Below are positions 12,401 through 24,589 of a stretch of 64,000 nt of DNA, one piece after another (the stretch's first letter is position 1; each line of letters opens with the position of its first letter). The notes under the pieces are model-generated. The model saw only the letters and a list, made by a program, of their open reading frames with translations, searched no databases and was not told the origin of the DNA. The translations under genes and the position numbers were made by a program. Source of the stretch: Vicugna vicugna (Eukaryota); contig MU057887.1 of assembly GCA_013265495.1 (NCBI GenBank), positions 2,823,576 through 2,887,575 of the forward strand, given 5' to 3'.

Positions 12401-15400
12401 CTGACGGAGAGGTCCCAAGGCCGCCCGGGTGGAGCGGCTCGGCCCTGCCCTGTAGTCCTCACTCCTCTCTGAGGTCCGGGATGTGCTGACATGGGGAGGG
12501 GCAGTGTGGCCACCAGCCTTCTCACTGGCCCCCTCGTCCCCTCCCAGTGAGAGGGAGGGGACTGAAAGGTGGGGTGATCCAGCGCACCCCACCGAGTGTC
12601 CTGTGGAAGGGGCCCCGTGGACCTGACGGTGAGTAGGCAGGGCTACAGCCCAGGGGGCAGGCACCAGGGAAGGCGGAGGCCAGGGCCAGGGGAGGCAGGT
12701 GATGCGGGCAGGTGGCAGGCAGCTCTGTCCCCGTCCAGCCTTCTCCCAGGCAGAGCACAGCCCCGCAGGGTCACGCACAACCTCGGACTGCTCTGCTCAC
12801 TGCGAGCTGGCCTGGCCCATCTCTAATAACCGTCCCCTCCGCAGACTGAGGGCCCAGCGCCCGCTGCAAGCAGCCGCACGGCCGCGGGAGGCCTCCGGCC
12901 TCCCAGGAGTCACTGCAAAGGGCGCGCCGAGGCCCTCAGGGGCTCCTGAGTCTCTGTCTTGAAGCCGGGTTGGCAGCTGCCTCTGAAACCTCACATCTCA
13001 AGGACAAGCACCCCGCCTCCGGGCCCGCCCTGTCCTCCGCGGATTGATGGCAGCGGCAGTGACAGCAGGGGGAGGTCCCCGCCAGCCACGTGGTGGCTTC
13101 CGCTCAGGCCGCCTGGCGCGTCTGCAGCCCAGCGCGGTCCTGCCGCGGGCCCCCCGGCGGCAGGTGCAGCCTCTGTGAGCCTGGGCCTGGGGCAGGGGGA
13201 GCGGCCCAGCCGAGGGCGCAGACGCGGGTTTGGGTGCAAGGGCGCCACGGGGCCACTGAGGGAACTTGGCTGGAGAGGCCTTGATGCCCGAGCCGGGGGC
13301 CCCTGGAGGCCCACACCATGGCCGCCATCACAGCCATTACTCTTCGCCTTCCATTGCGGCCCCTCCACCTGGTCTTTCCCGGGTTAAAGAGCCCAGCCTC
13401 AGGGAGCCCGTGAGCGGCGCCTCGAAGGGCCTGCTGGGCTGGCGTCTCTGCAGAGGCCTCCGTCTGGGCTGGTGCACAGTGGGGCTCTCTCCTCCCTCCC
13501 CCTGCTTCCTGGGGCCCTCCCCGTGTGTGCAGCCATGCAGGTGGCTGCAGGCCAGGCCAGGCAGTGGGCGGGGTCCTCTCATCCATGGTCCCGCTGGCAG
13601 AAGGTTCCAGGGAGTGCCCGGCCGTGGGAGGGGGCTGCCCCCTGCTCCTCTTGTCCCAGCTCAGCTGGCTTCGGGGATTGGATAAGATGCCCGGGTTGGG
13701 GGGGACGCCGGTGATGGGGCAGGAGCAGCCTGAGAGCGGGTCAGCTGGATTCTGGGAGAGTCCCAAGGGAAGATCTTTGACTTTGCTGGAAGAGCCACGG
13801 TGCTACTTCACAGTCATGTTAGAGGGGACAGCAGGAGGGGTGGGCCAGCTTCCAGAGCAGGGCGAGAAGCGGGGAGAAGGCAGGTGCCTCGCTCTGGACC
13901 TGAGGATAGTCTGTCTGCAGATGTCATCTTCCCCCAGTTACCCCAAGTTCAGCCCTTCCCGGCCCTCCCTGGCAGGTCCCCCGTGAAGCACAGCCAGGCA
14001 GGGTCGCCGTGGGGGCGCCAGCTGCCTGGTTTCCCAGGACTGCAGGGCTCTCTGCGAGAACCGGGAAGTCCAGGCAAACGGGGGCAAATCCAGGCTCCAT
14101 CCACATTCCAGCCCCCAGTCCCATCCGTCTCTCCCACCCACGAGCTGTGGGGTAGGGGGCCGGCCAGGTTAAAGGGCAAGTTGACACCCCATGTCGTCAC
14201 AGCCAGTGGCATGCGGGGCCCAGCACGGCTGGCTCTCGGTCTCCCTTGTGTCCGGGCCCTTTCCTGCTCAGGCACTACCTGGGCTGGGATCTGACCGCTG
14301 ACCCCCAGCGTGGCCCTTGTCCCTGTGGGCCTCCAGGTCCTCTCCTCCGGGGAGGGGCTGGGCCTGGAGCTCCCAGACCGAATCCTACGGCCCAAATGGT
14401 CAGGGCCAGCCCCACAGCTGGGTGGGCCAGGCCATGGCCTCCTCGAGGCCTGAGCCACAGGGCAGCCTGCGCTGGTTGCCTGTGTGAGGCCACAGGAGGG
14501 GCCCCTCTGTGAGATGCCAGCTTCACTTAATTTCTTTATCCCCCAGCGCCCCCACGCACAGAGCACCCCTGGCCGGTCCCCACACCCTCCCACGGGGAGT
14601 GGACTTGGTGATCGGCCCCGCATGTGTGATGGGCGCTGATGAGGCTGACCTGCCACCCAGGCTGCGGTGCCGGGGCCTCCCAGCACACTCGCTGTCAGTG
14701 TCACCCAGACGCCACGGCTGGGGTACCCCACCTGACCTTCAGCGTCCTCGTCTGTGTGTTTTAATTCTTGTGCTACTGTCTGCGTGATTAGGAGTGAAAC
14801 TGAACATCGGTCGCTTAATCTGGGTGTCCGGCATCCAGACGAGTATTTGCAGGATTTAGTTTCAGTCTGGAAGTGGCAGCTCACATCCCGCTGAAGTCGG
14901 GGCACCAGCACCCCCGGGCAGGAGATGGAGGGCCTGTAGGTGTGTGCTGTGGGGGCCACACTGCAGTGGGTTCCGGCCAGAGCTGTCTTCCCAGGACAAC
15001 AGGAGAAGGGTGCGTGGGGCAAGGTCAGGACACCCCCGTGTATGGCACAGCCTGGCTTGGCGGGGGGCCGTGGCACCCATCCCCAATGTGAGGGATGTGG
15101 TTACTGTCCACCTGGAGTCCCGTGGGCGGCCCTGAGGTGCGTAGCTGGTGGCCACAGGCGAGTGGAGGGAGCTCTTTGCAAACAGGAGCTGCAGATGCAG
15201 TTGGAGCCGACGTGGAGCGTCCAGGGTCCCCCAGCGTCTTCTCTCAACCTCCTTCTAAGCAGGTGGGTGCGGGGGTCCAATCACCATGTCCTGAGCGGGC
15301 ATGGGGCACGTGCCCCCGTGTGTACTGACAGCCGAGGCGCAGGGCCGGGCGTGGGGCGTCTCCCAGGCTCCCCCCCACTCTGATGCCTCCAGCTTGGGAG

Positions 15401-18400
15401 CTGCGCCCGCCACCCTCCCCCCGTCTGCCTCCTTCTCTCCTTGTCTCTTGGCCTCGGGCCAAACTGGAGGGTGAGTTTCACCCGTAATAAAAACAGTAAT
15501 AATAGTCATCTCGTAACTGATGCTCTGAGCCTGAGTCAGGGCAGCAAAGTGCCTTTGCCTGCGCCGGCAGTGGCCTCCCCGCCTCCGTGAGCTCTGCGTC
15601 GTCCAGGGCTGTTTCAGGGCTGTGATGACACGCTCCGTGCACCGGAAAGTGAGGTGGGGGAGTGGCCTGCGCCCCGCCCACCACCGTCCCTGCCTGCTGA
15701 GTGGAGTGTCCGTGACCTCCGCAGAGCCGCCCCCGTCCCCAGGCAAGCCCCCCTCCCTCTTACTGCCAGCGATCTCTCCACCTCTTCTCCTCCCCACTTT
15801 GTCAGTAGTGCCTCTTCATCGTGTGACACTTTGAACATGAGCCGAGCGCAGATTCGGGGACCTCCGTCCTGACGATGCCCGTTGGGGTGACTGTGGGCGG
15901 AGCGGGGCTGCTGACCCGTGAGCATCCTCAGAGCGCGGTGCGAGGGGCTCCGCGTGCAGAACTGAATTCCCGCAGTACCGTGGGAGGGAGGGGTGTGTTC
16001 TCGGGACGTGAGAAGCTGTCCCCACGGTGATTCCCAGTGGCCCAGGCCACGCCCCTCCATGTCCCAGGCAGGTGCCCCGTGTTCCCTGGTCTGTTGCATG
16101 GTAACATACAGTCAGCACAGACCCCTAGAAGTCCCCTCACAGGCCGAAGCCTGGTGGCCCTTCAGGGTCTTGGTGCTGAGCCCCTCCGCTCCACACGGGG
16201 CCCACCTGGGCTGGGGCTCCTCTGTCACCGGCGGGGCCGGCAGGACTGGAGATTCTCCCTGGTCCTCACTGGCCACCTGACCACTTCTGTGAGGAGCCAC
16301 CTGCCCCAGCCTCTCCAGAGGGAGGAGTTGCCCTGCCCGTCCCTCTTACAGGGGAGGGGTCTCCCAAGGCCGGGGCACCCCAGGGCCAACCTGAGAGCCC
16401 TGCCCGGCAGCCTGGGGGGCGTGAGAGCTGAAGCAGCCAGCTCAGGGCGCGGCAGCCACGGTCCCGTCTGGGCAGGCCGGATGTCGCCCGGGGTCGCAGC
16501 AGCAGCAGGCTTGCCGGTGGGACCCGTCCCTCGGGGGAGCGGGGTGGGGAGCGGTTTTGCACCCCGCCTACACCCAGCATCCCAGGGAGCCATGTTAAGG
16601 CCAGGCCAGTGGGGAGAGTGACGGGAAGATGGATTAGGTGCCGGACACTGGCTCCAGACCTGGGACCCTCCGTGTGCTCTGGACACACGTGGAAGGGCCG
16701 TTGAGGCCTTCTCAAGGACAGTGAACACCACCCACCCCGAGAACAAGGGCTGCTGGTCACCCTGGGGCCGATCCAAGCACATCTACCACGTGGCCCCCCC
16801 GGTCCTCCTGGGCGTGGCCCCCTCACTGGTGTGGCCACACCTGCAGGCCCTGCTGGCCCCCTCGCTGCCCAGGCCGAGACCAACACTCGTGACTGCTCAC
16901 GGCCACCCTTTCCGCGGGTCTGTCAGTCATTCTGAGCCTGCAGTCTGTCATCCACCCTGTCAGACGTCCGCCCTGTCGGATGTCAGTGTCAGCCAGATTG
17001 AACGGCGCCTGGGACAGGGTGGGGCTGCACGGAGACCCAGGGCCTCTCCCGCGTGGGAGGCCGCCGGGCACTGGCTGCCCAGAGCCGTCCTGTGCTGCCC
17101 CGTCTGTGCGGAGCCGCTGGGCCTGGACCGCGCCTGCCTGAAGCCTGCCCCCCGGTGTGGGACCCGAGCAGTGACCCCTGCGATGAGTTTGCACAACTTC
17201 CCTCGGACAACTTCCCAGTCCTCGCGGGCTCAGGGTCTGGGTGGTGGCGCCTTGAGCTGGGGTCCGAGCTGGGGATGTTGAGGGGCTGGTGTCCGGCGTC
17301 CAGCCTGGTCTGACTTGGGAATAAATGAAACAACAAAACTTGACTCTCAGGCCAGACGGAGCAGCAGGCGCTGCGCCTGTGAGGACGCGGGCTCCAGCGG
17401 CCCCGCCCGCGGCCCGTGGGGTCCCAGGGACCAGGAGGCCCGCAGGGGCGGGACGTGCATCCGGGCGCTGTCTTCCTCAGGCATTTTTGCAGTGTCCCCT
17501 CCCTAGGCCCCGGGTCCCCAGTCTTACCCCACCCGGGCATGCGATGTAACCTCTGGTTGCTGTTGGTGTAAAATCTGTAGAAACAGGAGTAATGACAGTG
17601 CTGGCCTCACAGGCGGCACAGCCCCCTCCGCCCGAGGCTGGTCCAGCCCAGAGTCCAGCACAGAAGGTGGGGCCAGCACTGGGCTTCTGGCCCCGGGGGC
17701 CGTGTAGGTGGTGCCGCCCCTTCCTTCCCCCAGGGCACGTCAGCTGCCTGGTGGAGCTCCCCCCTGTGGCCAGTGGCTACAGAAAGACCTGGACTTCGGC
17801 CCCGCCAGTGGTCCCTGGTGCTGGAGCCTGGAACCCCGCCTCCCACCTCCAGGCCGGGCCTGAGCCCTGGCCTCCGGGGCCCTGCTCTGATGGACCCACC
17901 AGAGATACCGCTGTTCCCAGGGTGGGTCCCCACCTCCGGCTCAGCGATGAGCAGCGGGGCAGCCAGGGCAGACGCCTTTCCCTGCGTCCCAGCAGCCACG
18001 CCCCAGCCCTACAGGTCACGGGACAGCTGAACCCCAGGCCGGGCAAGGCTGCCTCCCACGTCGATGATCAGGGAGGGGGTGAGAAGTGACGGGCCCGACC
18101 TCTCCAGGGTGCATCCTGCTCCCCTGTCCCCAGAGGGCCGCCCTGCAGGCGGTGGGGACAGTGTCCAGGGGCAGTGCTGCTGGCCCCGTGGAATGGCGTC
18201 CCCAGGAGTATTAGGGGAAGCAGTGAGGCCGTAGGACTGGGGCTTTGCGTGACCCACCCCCGCACGCCCTGCCCACGGCCACCTTCTGGGGACAGTCTGC
18301 AGGAGGGGCTCGTCCCTCAGGGAACGTGACCATTTCCCTCTTTCTGAATTTCTCTCCATGGTGTCTGGTTTTTGTTAATCGACCACGTTGCTGGCTTTCT

Positions 18401-21149
18401 GCTATGAAAACCCCTCAAAGTTTTGTTCCTTTCCACCTTCACGGTGGCTGCCCATCCGCCTCACACCCCTGGGCACATGCGTGTGCACACCCCAGGGCTC
18501 CCACCCCGGGTCCTGCCTGTGGGTCCCGGCCCCTGGGGCTGAGCCGGGGCGCAGCCGCGGGGGGGCCCAGCGGCGCCCCCTCCCTGCAGGCGGATGTGGC
18601 CGGACGTGGCTGTGCGGACCGTGGGAGCAGGTGTTGCAGAAGGGGTTGTGATTTCTTGTTTGTTTTATTTTTGAAGCAGTACTTTTTTTCCTTCTGGTTT
18701 TAAAAGTAACGCAAGTTGTTTGTTTAAAAAAAAAAACTTGGGGGGAAGACGAGAAGAATTGTAAACCCACCATCTGGAGAAAAGGCCGGGCCGGCGTGTT
18801 TCGAAAGCAAGGACAGGTGGAGGTGGGCGTGGGATCTGGGGCCTGGAGGGGCTGCCTGCCTCGGTCCTGTCTGGCTCTGCCCGGGGCCCTGGGGTGGCTG
18901 AGAGAACCCCAGACCTCAGGGCCCAGACTCTGCTCTGTGTGGCTCAGGCCGGCCCGGGTTCACCGGCCCCGTCCAGACCGCAGGGGTACCTTGCCCTCCC
19001 CCGACCTGGAGCCTCGGCCTGGAGCCACTCAGACCCCTGGCTCTGCCTCCTCCTCCCTGAGTGCTGACCCCCCATGTAAGGACAGGGGAGCTGGTGGCTC
19101 TCCTAGTGCAGAGGGACGTCTAGCCTGGCCCTGCTCTTGTCTGGGGGCATCAGCGGGCCAGACACTCTGAGGGGCATTGGCCTCCGTCCCCAGAGCGTCC
19201 GTCACCCCACCTGGACCCGGACCACCGCCCCGCAGGCGTCTCTCTGAGCAGGAGGGGTGTGTGGTGGGTGTGCATCCGTGTGTGCGTCCATGCATGTGTC
19301 TGTGAGACACAGAGAAAGCAGAGATGAGACAAGAGAAAAGGAGGGTGGGGAGAGGAGAGGGGGAGCCCAGCCTCTAGAAGCTTTCTGGCTGCCTCCCTCC
19401 CTCACAGCCCTGTGTCAACGCTGGGAGGAGGAGGAGCCCGTGTCCAGAGAGAACCTGGAGTGGGGGGAGCCTGGCCCCACCCCAGACCTCCCCTCGCTCC
19501 TCCCGGGCCCGGGTCCCAGCTCCACGCCTAGCACACCTCTGTCCCACGTGCACTCCGGGCGTTAACCTGCGGTGCGGTGCCATCCCAGGCCTTGGGTCCA
19601 CCAGTGTCCTCTCTGCCCAGGGTGTGACATGCAGCACCTGCTGGGGCCGCAGTGGGCCGGCCCTGCTGCCTGAGCTCACCCTCACCTAGGGGTGAAGGGC
19701 GGGCATGGTGGGGCCTGGGGAGGGTCTTCCCAGGGTCCAGGCTTGGCAGCCCAGCGGGACGGCTCACCCACAGGGTCCAGGCTGCCTACAGGCTAGGTGG
19801 ATGGGGTCAGCCCTGTGGCCCAGATACCCATCGTCTGGGTGCCGCTGGCCTGGTCAGGGGACACCCGGGGCTGAGATGCCAGGCAGTGAGACCTTCACAA
19901 CAAGCTAGAAATCTGAGCAGCACAGAGAGATGCCTAAGTGCAGGGGGAGGCCTGCCTGGAGCTGGCTCCGAGAGGGGTCCCGGAGCATCACGGGCAGTGT
20001 CCGTGGAAGTGGCTGGTGTGGTCAGCGGGCCCAGGGCCCGCCAGCAGCCTGTCCTCCCGCTGCTGCCCCACCCTTGGATGCAGATCAAATGAGATACTGT
20101 GGGTTCCCTGCCGGCTGGGTGGGCCTGGGAGCCCCAGGTTGCGGGCAGACGGACAGGAGGGACCAGCCCCTTGAAGGAGAGGTCCGCTGCATCCATGGAG
20201 TCCCATGAGTTCAGAGCAGGTGATCACGTTCTAAGTGCTTTTAGAACCCGGGAACCACCCGCTGTTGAATGCACAGCCCGAGGTCAGCGGTCGGCCCCGG
20301 GGCCAGAGCAGGCGGAGCCAGGTGGAAGCCCAGACGCTGCTCAGACCAGCTGCGTCTTCTCCTTGAGACAGAGCGTCCTCAGGGTGGGGGGGGCCACCCA
20401 CTTGATACCTGACCCCACGTCCTGCTGTGCGGGCTACGGGAGCACCCAGCCTGTGGTGTGAGAGCGGCCACCAAGTGTCTGAGGACGCCGCCCCTTTGGA
20501 GTCCGCCCAGGGGCCTCGGGTTTCTCTGCGCCTCTATTTTGGGCCCATGTGCTAATGCATTGCCGCCCTACCCCCGTGCCCTTGCCCTTCACCCTGGCCG
20601 CTGGCTTCCAGGAGTCCTGGCCCTGCCCGCCTGGGCGTCAGGGCCTGCTCTTCACCTGCGTTGTCACGGGCGTGGGGTGCCTGCCCTGTGGCAGCGCCGT
20701 GCGGCCCAAGGCGGGGGCGGAGGCAGGCAGGGTGGGCGTGCTTGTCTGTAAGCTCCTCCAGGGCTTGGAGACAGCTCCTGAGACCCAGCTCAGCCGGGGA
20801 GGTGGTCACAGAGCAGGGACTGCGTGAAGGCCTGGGGTGAAGGCCCGGGAGGGGATCCCAGGCTGCGGAAAGCCAACCCAAAACTAGGAATGGACGGGGT
20901 GGAGGGTGAGGGCTGAAGACCCTGGAGGAGGGACGGCCGGGGCAGCCGTGGGGTCGCTGGTGTGGACGGACAGGCGGACAGGGACTGGGCTGGGCAGTCC
21001 GGCTGAGTCCCAGACGTCTTGTCAGCTGGGAATAAATGAGTGAACCAGGGACACGTGGTCTCCCGAGGGCAGCGCCCGGGGGTCCCAGTGCCGGCTGCTC
21101 CCCCGCCGGGCTTTCCCACGCTCTCAGGGGCCGGTTTCCTTCCTCCAGG

Positions 21150-21530
21150 TCAGCAGTGTCCCTGAGGGAGCTGTCCAGGGCCTAACCGCGCTGCCTGTGA
21201 AAGCGGCCTTATTCGGAGATGGGTCTTTGCCGCTGTGGTCACGTTGAGAGGTCATTGGGGGGCCCTAATCCAGTTTGACCAGTGGCCTTGTGAGAAGTGG
21301 GGAGACACTAGAGGAGGCCTTGTGACGACGGAGGCAGAGGTGGGACGGAGGTGGCTGCCAGCGAGAAACGCGGCCAGCGGAGCCCGGGAGGGGCAGGAGT
21401 CCCGCCCCACGCCCCCCAGACAGAACCTCGGTTTTAGACCGACAGCCTCCCGGTCATGGGTGAAAAGTCCTGGGGTTTAGGGCCCCTAGCCTGTGGTCCC
21501 TCTTTATGGCAGCCCCAGGGCACTGACTGT
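21150..21530 (+). mobile_element. MaLR LTR, MLT1A/B/C-like
   Basis: ccttattcggagatgggtctttgc...ggccctaatccag...ccttgtgagaag...tgtgacgacggaggcagag...ttatggcagcccca, matching the recalled MLT1 layout. Confidence 0.8.
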
Positions 21531-23619
21531 CCGAGGATCTGCTCTTGGGCGTGGCCCATGGGGTGGGTCTAGAATCGTGACTCCTGGGGGTCGAGGTGTC
21601 AGGCTGACAGCCACTGCTGGTGGGGCTGCCTGGGTGAGGGGTCCACCGGGTGGAGGGCCCTCTCAGTCCCCTGCAGCGGCCCTGCCCGGCCACCCCCTTA
21701 CAGATGAGGGCCCAGGGGTGCGGCGTGCCTGGGGCAGGGCTTCCCGCAGCTGGGGCGCGGAGGCCCGGACGCTGGTCAGTTAATGCAGCAGGTGCAGCCC
21801 CACGGCTGGCTGGTTGCCTCACTGGTTAGCGGCCAGGGCTCAGGGCCCCAGGAGATGGACCTCTGCCGGACACTGACGTCCGCTAGAGGGGTCTGGGGTC
21901 AGGGCGGGTGGCAGTGAGGGCCGAGGATGGCAGAGCGTCCCCACGTCAACCTGCAGAGCTTGAAGCAGCGGCCGGAAGGAGCGCACGCAGCTGCCTGACG
22001 GCACATGGCGGTCGGACCAGCCCGCGGACCTCCGCGTCCCATTGTCCCATAGCCGGCCCGGGCCGCTCAGGCGCCTGGTCGCCCGTGATCACCCTCTTGT
22101 CGCCAGAGGGGCCGCTCAGTGTCCCCGACGCTCCCCGCCTGCTGTGTCTGCTTTTCACTTATTTACTTACACGTCTGTTTAGCTCTGCCCCGTTCTCAGC
22201 GCGGCGTATAATTTTGCGTGTAATTAGCTAGTGTGGGCTGCAGTCTGCAGCGGAAGGCTTCCGGGAGGCTGCGCTGGGGCGCTGGCCCTGGGGCGGGCTC
22301 TGCTCAGTAAGGGGGGTCCCAGTGGCTGGGGGAGGAGGTGCCCGGGGCCCCCTGCTGCCCCCCATCCTTCCTCCCACACCTGTGTGGTTCCCCTCGTGTG
22401 ACGTTCACGACCGGCTCTGAGGCCGGGTTGCGGTACGGTGCGCGGCTCCCTCCAAGCCCTGGGCCGGGCATGCCCAGTACCCATCACAGACACCCCCATG
22501 CCCTTGGGTCGGGTCACGCTCAGACACAGCTTCCCCGGGGTCGAGGCAGTGTGGGCAACTCTGCGCTGATGGAGCCAGGGTGGCAACTCCACGCTTTTTG
22601 TCCAAAGCTGGGGACCTGGAAACTATGTAGGTGACAAAAGGGCAGGGCGGTCCTGTGTAGTGAGCTTCCTGGAGGACCCGGGGGGGCTGCCTGGAGGAGG
22701 GGGCCAGAGGTGCCAGCAGCGGTGTGGATGAGGAAGGCCACCCAGGGCTGAAGAAACGGCTGCCGGGAAGCCCGAGGGAGCTGGCTGCTGGCTCTTCCTC
22801 TGCAGGGTGGGCGCTGCCACCCTCCTCCCCTGCACTTGGGGCCCCGCTCCCGTGTGCCCCTCCCGGTCCTTCCCTGGTTCTGAACTGCAGCGTGCACCCC
22901 AGTCCTGTCTCCTGCCTCCCCCGCGTTGGGGTGGGAGCAGTATGGGGCCGTCTCCCCAAGCTGGATCAGGGAGGGACCCTCAGGGGCCGGGCGCCGTCTG
23001 CTCTCCACACTGTGGTCCCAGGCCCGACGCGGAAGGAGGGCTGCATGCAGTGGGTGCTTACTGTTTGCTGAGGGAATGAAAGTGAGGCCGAGTGAGCGGG
23101 CCCTCCCTCTGTGTGATTCTGCAGAGGGGGCTAGCCGGCCGAGGGGCCGCCCGCGGTCCCCAGGAGCTCCGTGGCACCTGCGCTCACAGCCCGCGGATGA
23201 AGCAGGTGGCTCCAGCCGGGCTCGGGGAGGACCTCCAGCCTCCCTGGGGCAAGTGGCCAGGCTTCCATGTCAGCGCCCTCCGTCTGCTGCTGGGGCTGCC
23301 TCCACCGTCAGTGTCAGGGCTCGGGGCTCCTTGGCGAGGCCGGCTGCGTTTTCCCTCTGCCAGGACGCTGGCCCCGTCGCACCGCAGAGCAGCGGGTGCT
23401 CTCCCGGGATCTGGGAGACACTTAGGGGATGAGGAAGCCACTGACCTCGGAGTCTTCACTTGCGAATGAAGCCTGCCCAGTCTGCACGCTCGGCCGGTCC
23501 AGAGAGTGACCGAGGCCCGGGGCCTGGACGCCCTCAGTCCTGTGACCCCGGGGGCCGGCACTCGGGAGCGGGGCAGTGTCCACGTGGGGCAGCAGGAGGG
23601 AGGGGCCGTCCGGGTGCAG

Positions 23620-23880
23620 CTGAGTGTACATGTCTGCATGGAACACGTGTACGGTGTGAGGGTCTCCGTGTGCCTGCATGTGTGTGTGAGGGTCTCCACC
23701 TGCATCTGTGCCTCTCGGCCTTGGCGTGTTCACACCTGAGTCCGCCCTGTGAACGTGGGTGAGATGTGCTCCGTGTCCATCTGCCAGGCGCGTGTGTGTC
23801 TGCACCATCTATGTAGCTGTGTGTGTGTATGTGTGTGTGCAACTCATGTGCATATGTGTGCACGTGTGTGCGCCAGCCTG
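23620..23880. repeat. GT/CA-rich low-complexity tract
   Basis: Degenerate gtgt/gcat alternation, e.g. gtgtgtgtatgtgtgtgtgcaactcatgtgcatatgtgtgcacgtgtgtg. Confidence 0.7.
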
Positions 23881-24439
23881 TGGCAGACGGGAGGGGGATA
23901 GGAGACCCTGGACGGCCTGGTGTGGAGGTGGCCTGGCTCCCCACCACTCCCAGTTCTGGGCCTCCGTGGGATTGTCCCCAGCAGGTTGGCGGCCCGCACA
24001 GCCCCCAGCAGTCTGGGGAGCGGATCGGGGCTGGGCTCCCCGCCTCCAGGCCGGCCGGGGCAGAAGATTCAGGCATAGCCCGGTTCCCCATCGCCCTGCT
24101 CTGTGCAGCCCCGGTTCCTGACGCGTGACCGGGGCCCTGTGTCCGTGACTCAGCCCTTCATTTCTGGGTGGGACTGAGACCGAGCGACATTTAATTCCCC
24201 GTCCACTCAGGCAGGGCCGGGGAAGCCAGGCCACGCAAACGCAGAGGTTGCTGGCCTGACCCGGCGCGCAGGCTTTTACAGGGTGTGTTCTGACAGCATC
24301 ACCGGAGGGGATCCCACTGCCCATCTGGGAACAGCCTCGTTGCGGGGTGCGCCGGGTGGGCACCAGCTGCGGGGCTGGGATGGCCGCCAGCTCGTCTCCA
24401 GGGCGCGTCCACTCAGCCATGTCTGTGCCTCTGTTGCAG

Positions 24440-24589
24440 GTCAGCTGGCCGCCGGCACCTGTGAGATCGTGACCCTGGACCGGGACAGCAGCCAGCCACG
24501 GAGGACGATCGCCCGGCAGACGGCTCGCTGCGCGTGCAGGAAGGGGCAGATCGCAGGCACCACGAGGGCCCGGCCCGCCTGCGTGGACG
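24440..24589 (+). CDS. TAFA5: TAFA5 internal coding exon (exon 2), 150 nt, phase 1-1
   Basis: Translates (G/S)QLAAGTCEIVTLDRDSSQPRRTIARQTARCACRKGQIAGTTRARPACVD(A), which matches TAFA5/FAM19A5 as I recall it. Acceptor ctctgttgcag|G ends at 24439 and donor GACG|gtgagc starts at 24590. Confidence 0.98.

Larger units (their letters stand above)
1..24439 (+). other. TAFA5: 3' part of TAFA5 intron 1
   Basis: Lies upstream of the exon 2 acceptor. I did not see either known TAFA5 first-exon peptide (MAPSPRT... or MQLLKALW...) here. Confidence 0.75.

Noticed and set aside
17316-21039. Exact 13-mer tgggaataaatga at 17316 and 21027, each containing AATAAA
   Set aside because: Repeats of this length are expected by chance or from L2-like tails, and there is no clear downstream GU-rich element to support polyadenylation.
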